This document shows positions 8,624 to 17,469 of a DNA stretch of 64,000 nucleotides, piece by piece (position 1 is the stretch's first letter; each line of letters begins with the position of its first letter). The stretch is from Planctomycetota bacterium (GTDB lineage Bacteria; Planctomycetota; UBA1135; GCA-002686595). The notes beneath the pieces were generated by a model that saw only the letters and a list, made by a program, of their open reading frames with translations, did not search any database and was not told the DNA's origin. The translations under genes were made by a program, and so were the position numbers. The stretch is taken from assembly GCA_020638875.1 (NCBI GenBank), contig JACKHS010000012.1, positions 37,115 to 101,114 on the forward strand, read 5' to 3'.

Positions 8624-10747
8624 TCAGCGGCCGATCAGGGCCAGGAAGTCGGGCTCCAGCATAACGGAAACACCCAGCTCCTCGGCCTTGCGGGCCTTGC
8701 TGCCGGGTTTGCCGCCCACGATCAGGTAGTCCGTCTTGGCCGAGACCGAGGAGGCGACCTTGCCGCCGCGGGCCTCGACCTGGTGCTTGGCCTCGGCGCG
8801 CGTCAGGGCCTCGAGCGTGCCGGTGAAGACCACCGTCTTGCCGGCGAAGGCCCCGCCCGCGTCGGCGCCGCGCTCCTCGCGCACGCGCACGCCGCCCGCG
8901 AACAGGCGCGCGAGCACCGCCTGGTTGCGCTCGTCGGCGAACCACTCGAGCAGGCTGCGCGTCACCTCGGGCCCGAGGCCGTCGATGGACTGCAGCTCGT
9001 CCTCGCCCGCGGCGCGCACGGCGTCGAAGGTGTGGAAGTGCGTCGCGAGCAGGCGCGCGGTCTGCGGGCCGACCTCGGGGATCGCGAGCGACACGAGGAA
9101 GGCCGGCAGCGCGGCGTCGCGGCTCGACTCGAGCTGCTCGAAGAGCTTGTCGACGCTCTTCTCGCCCCAGCGTTCGAGCGCGACGAGCCGCTCCCGCAGA
9201 CCCGGCTCGCGGTCGAGCCGGAAGAGGTCGGCCGGCCCCTCGATCAGGCCCGCGTCGAGGAGCTGCGCGAGCTGCTTCTCCCCCAGCGAGTCGATCTCGA
9301 GCCCGCCGCGCCCGGTCAGGCGCAGCGCGCGCCCGAGGAGCTGCGGGCGGCAGCCCCAGGTGTTGGGGCAGCGCCAGTACTTGCCCTCCTGCAGCGCCTC
9401 GGCGCCGCAGGCCGGGCAGCGCTCGGGCGCGGCGAAGGCCTCGCCCCAGCGCCAGAACACACCGGCGCGCGGCCGCCCCCGCTCGTCGAGCAGCTCGGCC
9501 GGCACCTCGTCGGCCCAGCCCGCCGGCGCCTTGCCGCGCGCGGGCTTCGCGACGCCGTTGATCTGCGGGATCACGTCGCCGGCGCGGTGCAGGAACACGC
9601 GGTCGCCCACGCGCAGGCCGAGGCTCGCCACGTGGTCGGCGTTGTGCAGCGTCGTGTGGCGCACGGTCACGCCGCCCACCTCGACCGGGTCGACGTGTGC
9701 GCGCGGCGTGAGGCGGCCGTTGGCGCCCACGGAGATCTCGATCGCGCGCAGCGTGCTGGTGGCCTCGCGCGGCGCGAACTTGTGCGCGAACTGCCAGCGC
9801 ATCGCGCGCGCCGTGCGACCGAGGCGCTCGCGCAGCCCGAGGTCGTTCAGCTTGCAGACCACGCCGTCGACCTCGAACGCCAGCGCGTCACGGCCGGCCT
9901 CGAGCTCGTCGTGGTAGGCGAGACACGCGTCGATGCCCGTGACGCAGCGGTTGTAGCCGGAGAACGGGACGCCCCACGCGGCCAGCGCGGCGTTGAGCTC
10001 GGTCTGCGTGGCGAATTCGTAGTCGCTGACGCGCGGCGCGGCGTAGGCGTGGAACTCGAGCGGGTAGCGCGCGACCTCGGCCGGGTCGTTGCGGCGCAGC
10101 GCGCCCGAGGTCGCGTTGCGCGGGTTGGCGAGGCGCTCCAGGCCGCGCTCCACGCGCTCGTGGTTGAAGCGCTGGAAGCGCTCGAGCGCGATCAGCACCT
10201 CGCCGCGCACCTCGAGCAGCGCCGGCGCGGGCCGCTTCGACGTGTCGAGCACGAGCGGCAGGTTGCGCACGGTCCTGAGGTTCGCCGTGACGTCCTCGCC
10301 CACGCGCCCGTCGCCGCGCGTCACGCCGCGCACGAGCACGCCGTGCTCGTAGATCAGCGCCGAGGAGACGCCGTCGAACTTGGGTTCCACCGACCACTCG
10401 AGCTCGGCGCCGCTCTCGAGGCCGAGGAAGCGCAGCACCTTCTCCTCGAAGTCGCGCACCTCCTCCGCGGTGAACAGGCTGTCGATCGAGAGCATCGGCA
10501 CGGCGTGCTCGACCTTCTCGAAGCCGGCGCCCTCCGGCAGCGGCGCGCCGACGCGCTGCGTCGGGCTGTCGGGCGTGACGAGCTCGGGGTGCGCGGCCTC
10601 GAGCGCCTCGAGCTCGCGGTAGAGCCGGTCGTACTCCGCGTCGGAGATCTCCGGCGCGCTGCGCACGTAGTAGAGGTCGCAGTGGTGACGCAGCTCCCGC
10701 TGGAGCTCGCGCGCGCGCGCGGCCGCCGCCTTCGTCGCCGGGCTCAT
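8624..10747 (-). CDS. ligA: NAD-dependent DNA ligase LigA
   Basis: Adenylation domain (EPKFDGVS), OB fold, Zn-finger (CPACG...CPN), HhH repeats and a C-terminal BRCT domain (GKTVVFTGTL). The start is set at the ATG at 10747 (MSPATKAAAARARELQ), which overlaps the cdd stop by 4 nt. Confidence 0.95.
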   Translation of the reverse strand: MSPATKAAAARARELQRELRHHCDLYYVRSAPEISDAEYDRLYRELEALEAAHPELVTPDSPTQRVGAPLPEGAGFEKVEHAVPMLSIDSLFTAEEVRDFEEKVLRFLGLESGAELEWSVEPKFDGVSSALIYEHGVLVRGVTRGDGRVGEDVTANLRTVRNLPLVLDTSKRPAPALLEVRGEVLIALERFQRFNHERVERGLERLANPRNATSGALRRNDPAEVARYPLEFHAYAAPRVSDYEFATQTELNAALAAWGVPFSGYNRCVTGIDACLAYHDELEAGRDALAFEVDGVVCKLNDLGLRERLGRTARAMRWQFAHKFAPREATSTLRAIEISVGANGRLTPRAHVDPVEVGGVTVRHTTLHNADHVASLGLRVGDRVFLHRAGDVIPQINGVAKPARGKAPAGWADEVPAELLDERGRPRAGVFWRWGEAFAAPERCPACGAEALQEGKYWRCPNTWGCRPQLLGRALRLTGRGGLEIDSLGEKQLAQLLDAGLIEGPADLFRLDREPGLRERLVALERWGEKSVDKLFEQLESSRDAALPAFLVSLAIPEVGPQTARLLATHFHTFDAVRAAGEDELQSIDGLGPEVTRSLLEWFADERNQAVLARLFAGGVRVREERGADAGGAFAGKTVVFTGTLEALTRAEAKHQVEARGGKVASSVSAKTDYLIVGGKPGSKARKAEELGVSVMLEPDFLALIGR

Positions 10748-11184
10748 GCGAGGTCGTCGGCGCGGAAGGCCTGCGGCAGGAGCTCGCTCAGGCGCCAGCG
10801 CGAGGTGCCGCCGTCGGACCCCTCCGAGACCACCAGCAGCTCCTCGCTGAACTCGCGCAGCACCTGACGGCACGCGCCGCAGGGCGGCAGGCGGTCGGGC
10901 CGGCTGGTCGCGATCGCCACGGCGACGAGCCGCCGCGCGCCCTCGCCGACCGCGCGCGCCACGGCGTTGCGCTCGGCGCAGACGGTCAGGCCGTAGCTCG
11001 CGTTCTCGACGTTGCAGCCGGCGAAGACGCGCCCGTCCTCGTCCTGCACCGCGGCGCCCACGCGCACGCCCGAGTACGGGCCGTAGGCCGCGTCGAGCGC
11101 GCCGCGCGCCGCCGCGAGCAGCGCGGCCTCGTCGACCTCGGGGTCAGAAGGGGGCGGGATCGCTCCCGTCGGCGGGGCATTCAT
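10744..11184 (-). CDS. cdd: cytidine deaminase
   Basis: CAERNAV and PCGACRQVLRE zinc-ligand motifs of homotetrameric cytidine deaminase. Start ATG at 11184 (MNAPPTG). The stop overlaps the ligA start (ATGA). Confidence 0.9.
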   Translation of the reverse strand: MNAPPTGAIPPPSDPEVDEAALLAAARGALDAAYGPYSGVRVGAAVQDEDGRVFAGCNVENASYGLTVCAERNAVARAVGEGARRLVAVAIATSRPDRLPPCGACRQVLREFSEELLVVSEGSDGGTSRWRLSELLPQAFRADDLA

Positions 11185-11656
11185 GCGCGCATGATTCTCC
11201 CTCGCCCCCCCAGCCGTCAACCGACCCCGCGGCGCCGGCGCCGGCGAGCGCCGCGCGCGCGCTGCCGGCGCTCGCCCAGCCGTCGTAGGTCACCCGGTTG
11301 CGCCGCTCGACGCGCCCGGTGACGGGGTGCTCGTACTCCTCCGGCGCGAGCTGCACGTCGGCGGTGCGGCCGAGCAGCGCGCTGGGCTCGATGTCCACCA
11401 CGCCGCTCGCGTCGACGCCCAGCGCTTCGAGCACCTGCCGGGTGCGCCGCGCCCCGCGCTCGCTCCAGACCATGCCGTCCCAGGCCGCGTAGCGCCCGGT
11501 GTACGCGCCCTCGGCCACCAGGAGCTTGAGCCCCCAGCGCGGCTCGCCTTCGCGCGTGCGCCCCTCGCGCACCTCGTGCACGGCGATCGTGTACCAGCCG
11601 GGCGCCAAGTTGGTGAAGTCCTGTCTCATGTCGGTCCCCTGGAAGTCGTAGCGCAT
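11144..11656 (-). CDS. DUF669-like small protein (phage-associated family), tentative
   Basis: This is the 3' part of track ORF 11144..13930 and the only part not antisense to the OFOR gene. MRYDFQGTDMRQDFTNLAPGWYTIAVHEVREGRTREGEPRWGLKLLVAEGAYTGRY..NRVTY resembles the DUF669 pattern from memory. Its low-complexity tail overlaps the cdd start by 41 nt. An alternative start is at 11629. Confidence 0.45.
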   Translation of the reverse strand: MRYDFQGTDMRQDFTNLAPGWYTIAVHEVREGRTREGEPRWGLKLLVAEGAYTGRYAAWDGMVWSERGARRTRQVLEALGVDASGVVDIEPSALLGRTADVQLAPEEYEHPVTGRVERRNRVTYDGWASAGSARAALAGAGAAGSVDGWGGEGESCAHECPADGSDPAPF

Positions 11657-11869
11657 GGTCCGCCTCCTCGGCAGTCGGTTCGGAGGGAGGACCGCGACCG
11701 CTCGCGGCGGTCGCGCAGGACTCGCGCTTTCTTCGCGCGGCGCGACGCGGGCGCCCCGCTCGCGGACGCGGCGGGAGCCCCGGCGCGACGCTCCGCGCGC
11801 CGGTTCCGGCCGAACTACGCCGCCCTCCGTATGGGCACCCCGAGGGCCCCGCCTAGCCTGGGACGGGTC

Positions 11870-14083
11870 ATGCACAACACCCTCGAGATCCGAGTCCACG
11901 GACGCGGCGGTCAGGGCGGCGTGACCTGTGCGAAGATCGTGGCGGCGGCCTATGCGCGGCTCGGCAAGAGCGCGCAGACCTTCGGCGACTACGCCGGCGA
12001 GCGCTCCGGCGCGCCGGTCCGCGCGTACACGCGCATCGACGACGAGCCGATCACGAACCGCAACAAGGTCTACACGCCCGACCACCTGCTCGTGCTCGAC
12101 GCCAGCCTCCTCGGTGACGACACCCTGGACGGCTTCGCGCCGGGCGGCCTGCTGCTGCTGAACACGCCGCAGCCCAACGCGAGCTACGGCGAGCGCTTCG
12201 CCGCCTACCGCTTCGCGACGCTGGACGCGACGTCCATCGCGCGGCGGCACGGCATCGGCACGCGCTCGGTGGTGATCGTCAACACGACCCTGGCCGGCGC
12301 CTACGCGAAGCTCGCGGGTATCTCGCTCGAGGTGCTCGAGGCGACCTTCGCCGGCCTGGGCGTGATGAGCAACTTCGCCGCGGCGCAGGAGGCCTACGAG
12401 GCCGTGGAGGTGCGCGAGCCCAGCCTCGTCGGCGCGCGCGCCGCCGTGAGCGTCCCGCTGCACAACGAGCGCGAGGTGGGCGAGATCGCCGACCACCAGT
12501 CGAGCCCGCCCACCGGGCTGCGCACCGGGAGCTGGAGCACCCAGCGCCCGCAGTACGTCGAGAACCTCGCGCCGTGCAGCGCCTGGTGCCCCGCGGGCAA
12601 CCAGGTGATCGAGTTCATCCAGGCGGTGGCGCGCGACGGCCTCGACGAGGCCGGCCGCATCCTCGGCGCGACGCAGCCGCTCGCCTCGGTCTGCGGCCGC
12701 GTGTGCCCCGCGCCCTGCATGGAGGGCTGCAACCGCAAGGAGTACGACGGCTCGGTCAACATCCGCGGCATCGAGCGCTGGATCGGCGACCGCGTGCGGC
12801 TCGCGCCCGAGCGGGTCGAGCGCCGCGCGGACGCCAAGCGCGTCGCGGTGATCGGTGGCGGGCCGGCGGGCCTGTCGGCGGCGTACGAGCTCGCCAAGCT
12901 CGGCCACGCCGTGACGCTCTACGAGGGCGAGCGCGAGCTCGGCGGCGTGCTGCGCACCGGCATCCCGGTGTACCGCCTGCCGCGCGAGGTCGTGGACCGC
13001 GAAATCGGCGCCATCCTCGACCTCGGCGTCGAGGCGCGCTGCGGCGAGTTCCTCGACGCGACGCGCACGGCCGCGATCGCGCGCGAGCACGACGCGACGA
13101 TCCTCGCGACGGGCCTGCAGGAGCTGCGGCCGCTCGACGCGCCCGGCGCGGAGCTCGCGGGCATCGAGCAGGGCATCCGCTTCCTGCACCGCGTGAACCT
13201 CGAGGGCGGCGCGCGCCTCTCCGGGCACGTGGTCGTGCTCGGCGGCGGCAACACCGCCATGGACTGCGCCCGCAGCGCGCTGCGCGCCGGCGCGTCGAAG
13301 GTCACCGTCGCGTACCGCCGCGGCGAGGCCGAGATGCCGGCCATTCGCGAGGAGATCGAGGAGGCCAAGCACGAGGGCATCGAGCTGCTCGTGCTGCGCC
13401 AGCCGGTCGCCTTCCACGGCGACGGGCGCGTGACGGGCGTCGAGCTGGCCGAGGTCGAGCTCGGGCCGCCCGACGACAGCGGCCGGCGTCGGCCGGTGGT
13501 GAGCGCGCGCACGAGCGTGCTCGCCTGCGACGCGGTGTTGCTCGCGCTCGGCCAGAGCGCGGACACGGGCTTCTTCCCCGCCGGCTGGGAGCTGCGCGAC
13601 GGTCGCGTGTACGCGGGCGACGAAGCGCTGACGGTCTTCGGCGCGGGCGACCTCGCCACGGGCGACGGCACGGTCACGCACGCGATCGGCAGCGGCCGCC
13701 GCGCCGCGGGGCTCGCACTTGCGGCGCTCGGCGAGGACGTCGAGGTCTTCGAGCGGCCGGATCGCCGCTGCGCGGTGCCGGTCACCGACATCCGCCTCGA
13801 CCACTTCGCGCGCGCGGCGATGTCGCCCGATCGATTGCTCGACGTGGGCACGCGCGTGACGAGCTTCGACGAGGTCAACCTCGGCATGGAGCACCAGCAC
13901 GAGGTGCACCGCTGCTTCTCGTGCGGCCACTGCACCGAGTGCGACACCTGCCTCGTCTACTGCCCCGAGGGCATCATCCGCCGCGGCGGCCCGGGCTACG
14001 AGGTGGACTACAGCTACTGCAAGGGCTGCGGGATCTGCGTGGAGGAGTGTCCGCGCGAGGCCATGAGGATGAGCACGCTATGA
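11870..14083 (+). CDS. fused 2-oxoacid:ferredoxin oxidoreductase gamma subunit / GltD-like NAD(P)H-dependent FAD oxidoreductase / delta (2x[4Fe-4S]) ferredoxin
   Basis: The ATG at 11870 gives MHNTLEIRVHGRGGQGGVTCAKI (PorG signature). Next come a GltD-type N-terminal FeS region (CGRVCPAPCMEGCNR), the FAD motif VAVIGGGPAGLSAAYEL and the NAD(P) motif VVVLGGGNTAMDCA. The C-terminus has CFSCGHCTECDTCLVYCP and CKGCGICVEECP. The track ORF 11327.. N-terminal extension is low-complexity. Confidence 0.85.
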   Translation: MHNTLEIRVHGRGGQGGVTCAKIVAAAYARLGKSAQTFGDYAGERSGAPVRAYTRIDDEPITNRNKVYTPDHLLVLDASLLGDDTLDGFAPGGLLLLNTPQPNASYGERFAAYRFATLDATSIARRHGIGTRSVVIVNTTLAGAYAKLAGISLEVLEATFAGLGVMSNFAAAQEAYEAVEVREPSLVGARAAVSVPLHNEREVGEIADHQSSPPTGLRTGSWSTQRPQYVENLAPCSAWCPAGNQVIEFIQAVARDGLDEAGRILGATQPLASVCGRVCPAPCMEGCNRKEYDGSVNIRGIERWIGDRVRLAPERVERRADAKRVAVIGGGPAGLSAAYELAKLGHAVTLYEGERELGGVLRTGIPVYRLPREVVDREIGAILDLGVEARCGEFLDATRTAAIAREHDATILATGLQELRPLDAPGAELAGIEQGIRFLHRVNLEGGARLSGHVVVLGGGNTAMDCARSALRAGASKVTVAYRRGEAEMPAIREEIEEAKHEGIELLVLRQPVAFHGDGRVTGVELAEVELGPPDDSGRRRPVVSARTSVLACDAVLLALGQSADTGFFPAGWELRDGRVYAGDEALTVFGAGDLATGDGTVTHAIGSGRRAAGLALAALGEDVEVFERPDRRCAVPVTDIRLDHFARAAMSPDRLLDVGTRVTSFDEVNLGMEHQHEVHRCFSCGHCTECDTCLVYCPEGIIRRGGPGYEVDYSYCKGCGICVEECPREAMRMSTL

Positions 14084-15243
14084 CCACCCAGTTCGTCAGC
14101 GCCAACCACGCGGCCGCGCTCGCGGTCACGCTGGCCGGCCGCGCCAACCGCGGCGCCCGCGGCTTCGGCGGCGGCATCTACCCCATCACGCCGCAGACCG
14201 AGTGCATCGAGTTCCTGTGCACGCAGGAGTTCGACAAGGGCAGCCTGGTGCGCGTCGAGAGCGAGCACAGCGCCATGGCGGTCTGCATGGGCTACTCGCT
14301 GTCCGGCGCGCGCAGCTTCACCGCGTCGTCGTCGAACGGCCTGGCCTACATGACCGAGAACGTCTACGCGGCGTCGTTCTACCGCCTGCCCATCGTGATG
14401 ATGGCGGTGAACCGCACGCTCGGGCCGCCCTGGAACATCTGGGTCGACCACGGCGACACGCTGATGCTGCGCGACACGGGCTGGATCCAGCTCTACTGCG
14501 AGGACAACCAGGAGGTCTTCGACTCGATCCTGATGGCCTACCGCGTGGCCGAGGACCGGCGCGTGCTGCTGCCCGCGATGGTCTGCCAGGACGCGTTCGT
14601 GCTCTCGCACACGATGATGCAGACCGAGGTCGCGGAGCAGGAGCAGGTCGACCGCTTCCTGCCCGAGCTCGACCTGCCGCACCGCGTGACGCACGAACCG
14701 GTGACCGTGGGCGGCCTCGACTTCCCGCACGAGACCGAGGCGCACCGCGCGCAGCACCACGCCGCGCTCGGGCGCGTGTTCGACGTCTACGCCGAGGCGC
14801 AGGACGAGTTCGAGGCGATCTTCGGCCGCCGCCCGGCGGACCCGGTGGTGCCCTACCGCATGGAGGACGCCGAGCACGTCGTGGTCTCGATGGGCACGAC
14901 CGCCAGCACCGTGCGCACCGCCGTCGACGAGGCGCGCGAGCAAGGCTTCAAGGTCGGCGCGCTGCGCCTGCGCATGTTCCGGCCGTGGCCGGAGGAGCTG
15001 CTCGCGCGCTGGCTCGTCGGCCGCGAGCGCATCGCCGTGCTCGACCGCGACATCAGCCTCGGTCACGGCGGCGTGCTGTGGTCGGAGCTGCGCGGCCTCG
15101 CGCCGCGCGACACGCTCGTGCAGAACTACATGCTCGGGCTCGGCGGCGGCGACATCCGCCCCGGGCACATCACCGAGATCCTCGAGGACCTGCGGACGCG
15201 CGAGGCGTCCGGCGCGCCCGCGCTGATGGAGGTGGGCCAATGA
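14080..15243 (+). CDS. 2-oxoacid:ferredoxin oxidoreductase alpha subunit
   Basis: MTTQFVSANHAAALAVTLA..IYPITPQTE..ESEHSAM..SSSNGLAYM are PorA/KorA motifs. The ATG at 14080 overlaps the upstream stop (ATGA). Only the last 387 codons of track ORF 12574..15243 are credible. Confidence 0.9.
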   Translation: MTTQFVSANHAAALAVTLAGRANRGARGFGGGIYPITPQTECIEFLCTQEFDKGSLVRVESEHSAMAVCMGYSLSGARSFTASSSNGLAYMTENVYAASFYRLPIVMMAVNRTLGPPWNIWVDHGDTLMLRDTGWIQLYCEDNQEVFDSILMAYRVAEDRRVLLPAMVCQDAFVLSHTMMQTEVAEQEQVDRFLPELDLPHRVTHEPVTVGGLDFPHETEAHRAQHHAALGRVFDVYAEAQDEFEAIFGRRPADPVVPYRMEDAEHVVVSMGTTASTVRTAVDEAREQGFKVGALRLRMFRPWPEELLARWLVGRERIAVLDRDISLGHGGVLWSELRGLAPRDTLVQNYMLGLGGGDIRPGHITEILEDLRTREASGAPALMEVGQ

Positions 15244-16157
15244 TCGAACCGCTCCTCGACGGCATGGTCGGCACGGCCGCCGACCGCTGCGAGCCGCTCC
15301 TGCGGGAGGGCAACACCAACTGCGGCGGCTGCGGCATGTCGATCGCGCTGAACTTCCTCAGCCACGCCGTGTCGCGACGGCCCGTGCAGATGGTGATCCC
15401 GGCCTGCTGCGGCATCGTCACGCCGGGCAAGTTCCCCAACTCGGCCTACGGCGCGCCGGTGGTGGCCGCGACCTTCGCCTCGGCGGCGGCGGTGGCCACG
15501 GGCCTCGCGCGCGTCGCACAGCTCAACGGCGACGACACGCGCGTGGTGTGCTTCGCCGGCGACGGCGGCACCTACGACATCGGGATGGCCACGATCTCGG
15601 CCGCGGCCGAGCGCAACGAGGACATCCTCTACATCTGCTACGACAACGAGATCTACGGCAACACCGGCGGCCAGCGCTCGTCCGCGACGCCGATGGGCGC
15701 CAGCACGACGACGACGCCGCGCGGCAAGGGCCTCGACAAGAAGGACATGCTGTCGATCATGGCCGCGCACGGCGTGCCGTACGTCGCGTCGGTCTCGCTC
15801 GGGCACCCCGAGGACACGATGCGCAAGATGAGCCACGCGCTCGAGACGCGCGGCTTCCGCTTCCTGCACGTGCTCTCGCCCTGCCCGACGGGCTGGAAGT
15901 CGGAGCCCTCGGAAGGCATCGCGCTCGTGCGCCTCGCCATCCGCGCCGGGCTGTTCCCGGTGGTCGAGGTCTTCGACGGCTGGCGCACCGTGATCAACGT
16001 CGAGCCCGAGATGAGCCGGGAGGCGCTGGAGGAGTACCTCGCGCGCCAAGGCCGCTTCCGCAAGGGCAGCGGTGACATCGAGGCGGTGCGTCGCGCCGTC
16101 GAACAGCACTGGAAGAGCCTGCGGGCGCGCGCCGCCCTGGAGGATCGCGATGACTGA
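15240..16157 (+). CDS. 2-oxoacid:ferredoxin oxidoreductase beta subunit (TPP-binding)
   Basis: NCGGCGMSIA, FAGDGGTYDIGM (TPP GDG motif) and CYDNEIYGNTGGQ. The ATG at 15240 overlaps the alpha-subunit stop. Confidence 0.9.
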   Translation: MIEPLLDGMVGTAADRCEPLLREGNTNCGGCGMSIALNFLSHAVSRRPVQMVIPACCGIVTPGKFPNSAYGAPVVAATFASAAAVATGLARVAQLNGDDTRVVCFAGDGGTYDIGMATISAAAERNEDILYICYDNEIYGNTGGQRSSATPMGASTTTTPRGKGLDKKDMLSIMAAHGVPYVASVSLGHPEDTMRKMSHALETRGFRFLHVLSPCPTGWKSEPSEGIALVRLAIRAGLFPVVEVFDGWRTVINVEPEMSREALEEYLARQGRFRKGSGDIEAVRRAVEQHWKSLRARAALEDRDD

Positions 16158-16362
16158 GGCCGAGAACGCCCCGCGCCTGGTGCCCTGCCGGCGCACGGGT
16201 CAGGAGTACGACTGCCGCGAGCACGAGCGCTGCCCCTACTGCTTCGGCAGCCGGGGCGACGTGGCGCGCGGCAAGCACGAGGAGTTCTGCGACTTCGACC
16301 CCGAGCGCGACCCGGTCAGCTTCGGGTTCCCGCCGCACTCCGACCGCGAACAACACGGTTGA
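16150..16362 (+). CDS. small Cys-rich protein, translationally coupled to OFOR beta subunit
   Basis: The ATG at 16150 overlaps the porB-like stop (gATGACTGA). The 70-aa product MTEAENAPRLVPCRRTGQEYDCREHERCPYCFGSRGDVARGKHEEFCDFDPERDP has 5 Cys, including CPYC. No family recognised. Confidence 0.5.
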   Translation: MTEAENAPRLVPCRRTGQEYDCREHERCPYCFGSRGDVARGKHEEFCDFDPERDPVSFGFPPHSDREQHG

Positions 16363-16413
16363 GCGCGGTCGCCGGAGAGTGAAGAGGGCGAGGGCGAGGT
16401 GTAGGCTGGAGCC

Positions 16414-17367
16414 ATGAAGCTCCCGCACCTCGCCCTCGTCGTCCTGCTGCTGGGCGCGGCCTCGTGCCGCGCGACCTCGTCGAACACCGCCGCCCGCTCC
16501 GCGGCCCCGAAGGACCTGCGCGAGCTCGCGCTGTTCGACGGCGCGACGGGCTTCCGCGAGAGCTGGAGCACGCTGCTCGACGACGTCTCGCGCGCCGACG
16601 TGGTCGTGATCGGCGAGCTGCACGGGCACCCGGTCGGCCTGCCGTGGGCCGAGCAGCTCTGGGAGGACGTGCTGGCGCGCGACCCGCACAGCGCGCTGGC
16701 GCTCGAGTTCGTGACGCGCGACTGCCAGCAGGCGCTGGATCGCTACCTCGACGGATCGATCACCTTCGAGCAGCTCCGGGCGCGCGCGAAGGAGATCGCG
16801 GGCTGCGGCGTCGACGACCACCGCGCGATGATCGAAGCGGCGCGCGCCGCGGGTCGCCCGGTGTTCGGCGCGAACACCTCGCGCCCCTACAACAAGATCG
16901 CACGCGAGCAGGGCTACGACGCGCTGTGGGACGTGCCGGCCGCGGAGCAGCACCTGTTCGACGTCCCGCCCGTGATGCCCGCGGGCGGCTACCGCAACCG
17001 CTTCATGTCGTTCATGCGCGGCGGCGGCGACGACGGCTTCGAGGACGAGCCGTACGCGGGCGCGCGCGCGCTCGACCCGCCCGCCAGCGCGCAGGAAGAA
17101 GCCATCTTCCGCTCGCAGGCGCTCTGGGACGGCACGATGTCGGGCACCGTCGCCGACGCGCTCGCCGAGGGCTTGCACCCGGTGCTGCTCGAGGTCGGCC
17201 AGTTCCACTGCGATCGCGACGGCGGCACGGTGCAGTTGCTGCGCCGCCGCTGCCCCGACGCGCGCGTCCTGGTCGTCTCGGTGACGAGCACGTGGTCCGA
17301 GCTCCTGCGCGCGGAGGACTACGGCCGCGCGGACTACGTGGTCTACGTCGGCCCGAGCGGCGACTGA
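16414..17367 (+). CDS. ChaN-family (haem-binding, DUF399-like) periplasmic protein
   Basis: Signal peptide MKLPHLALVVLLLGAASC. ADVVVIGELHGHP and ALALEFV..Q..LD.Y motifs are typical of the ChaN/PDZ-less erythromycin-esterase-like family. Confidence 0.7.
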   Translation: MKLPHLALVVLLLGAASCRATSSNTAARSAAPKDLRELALFDGATGFRESWSTLLDDVSRADVVVIGELHGHPVGLPWAEQLWEDVLARDPHSALALEFVTRDCQQALDRYLDGSITFEQLRARAKEIAGCGVDDHRAMIEAARAAGRPVFGANTSRPYNKIAREQGYDALWDVPAAEQHLFDVPPVMPAGGYRNRFMSFMRGGGDDGFEDEPYAGARALDPPASAQEEAIFRSQALWDGTMSGTVADALAEGLHPVLLEVGQFHCDRDGGTVQLLRRRCPDARVLVVSVTSTWSELLRAEDYGRADYVVYVGPSGD

Positions 17368-17469
17368 GCGCCCCCGGCCGGCCCGCGCCGGCGCCCGCTC
17401 GCCAACTCCGGCGCGCCTGCCGTAGACTCGGGCCCGTAGCGAGGCCTCGATCCACAGGGAGGGACGACG

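Noticed and set aside
8783-10867. 694-codon plus-strand ORF opposite ligA, and similar ORFs opposite groEL (23546..25225), recN/acs (58510..61398) and the third S8 gene (61049..62968)
   Set aside because: All are antisense to genes with unambiguous family signatures, and their translations are compositionally biased without motifs.
11327-15243. Extended N-termini implied by track ORFs 11327..14083 and 12574..15243
   Set aside because: The extensions are low-complexity Arg/Pro/Ala-rich. One also overlaps the DUF669-like gene on the other strand. Internal ATGs at 11870 and 14080 give canonical PorG and PorA N-termini with start/stop coupling.
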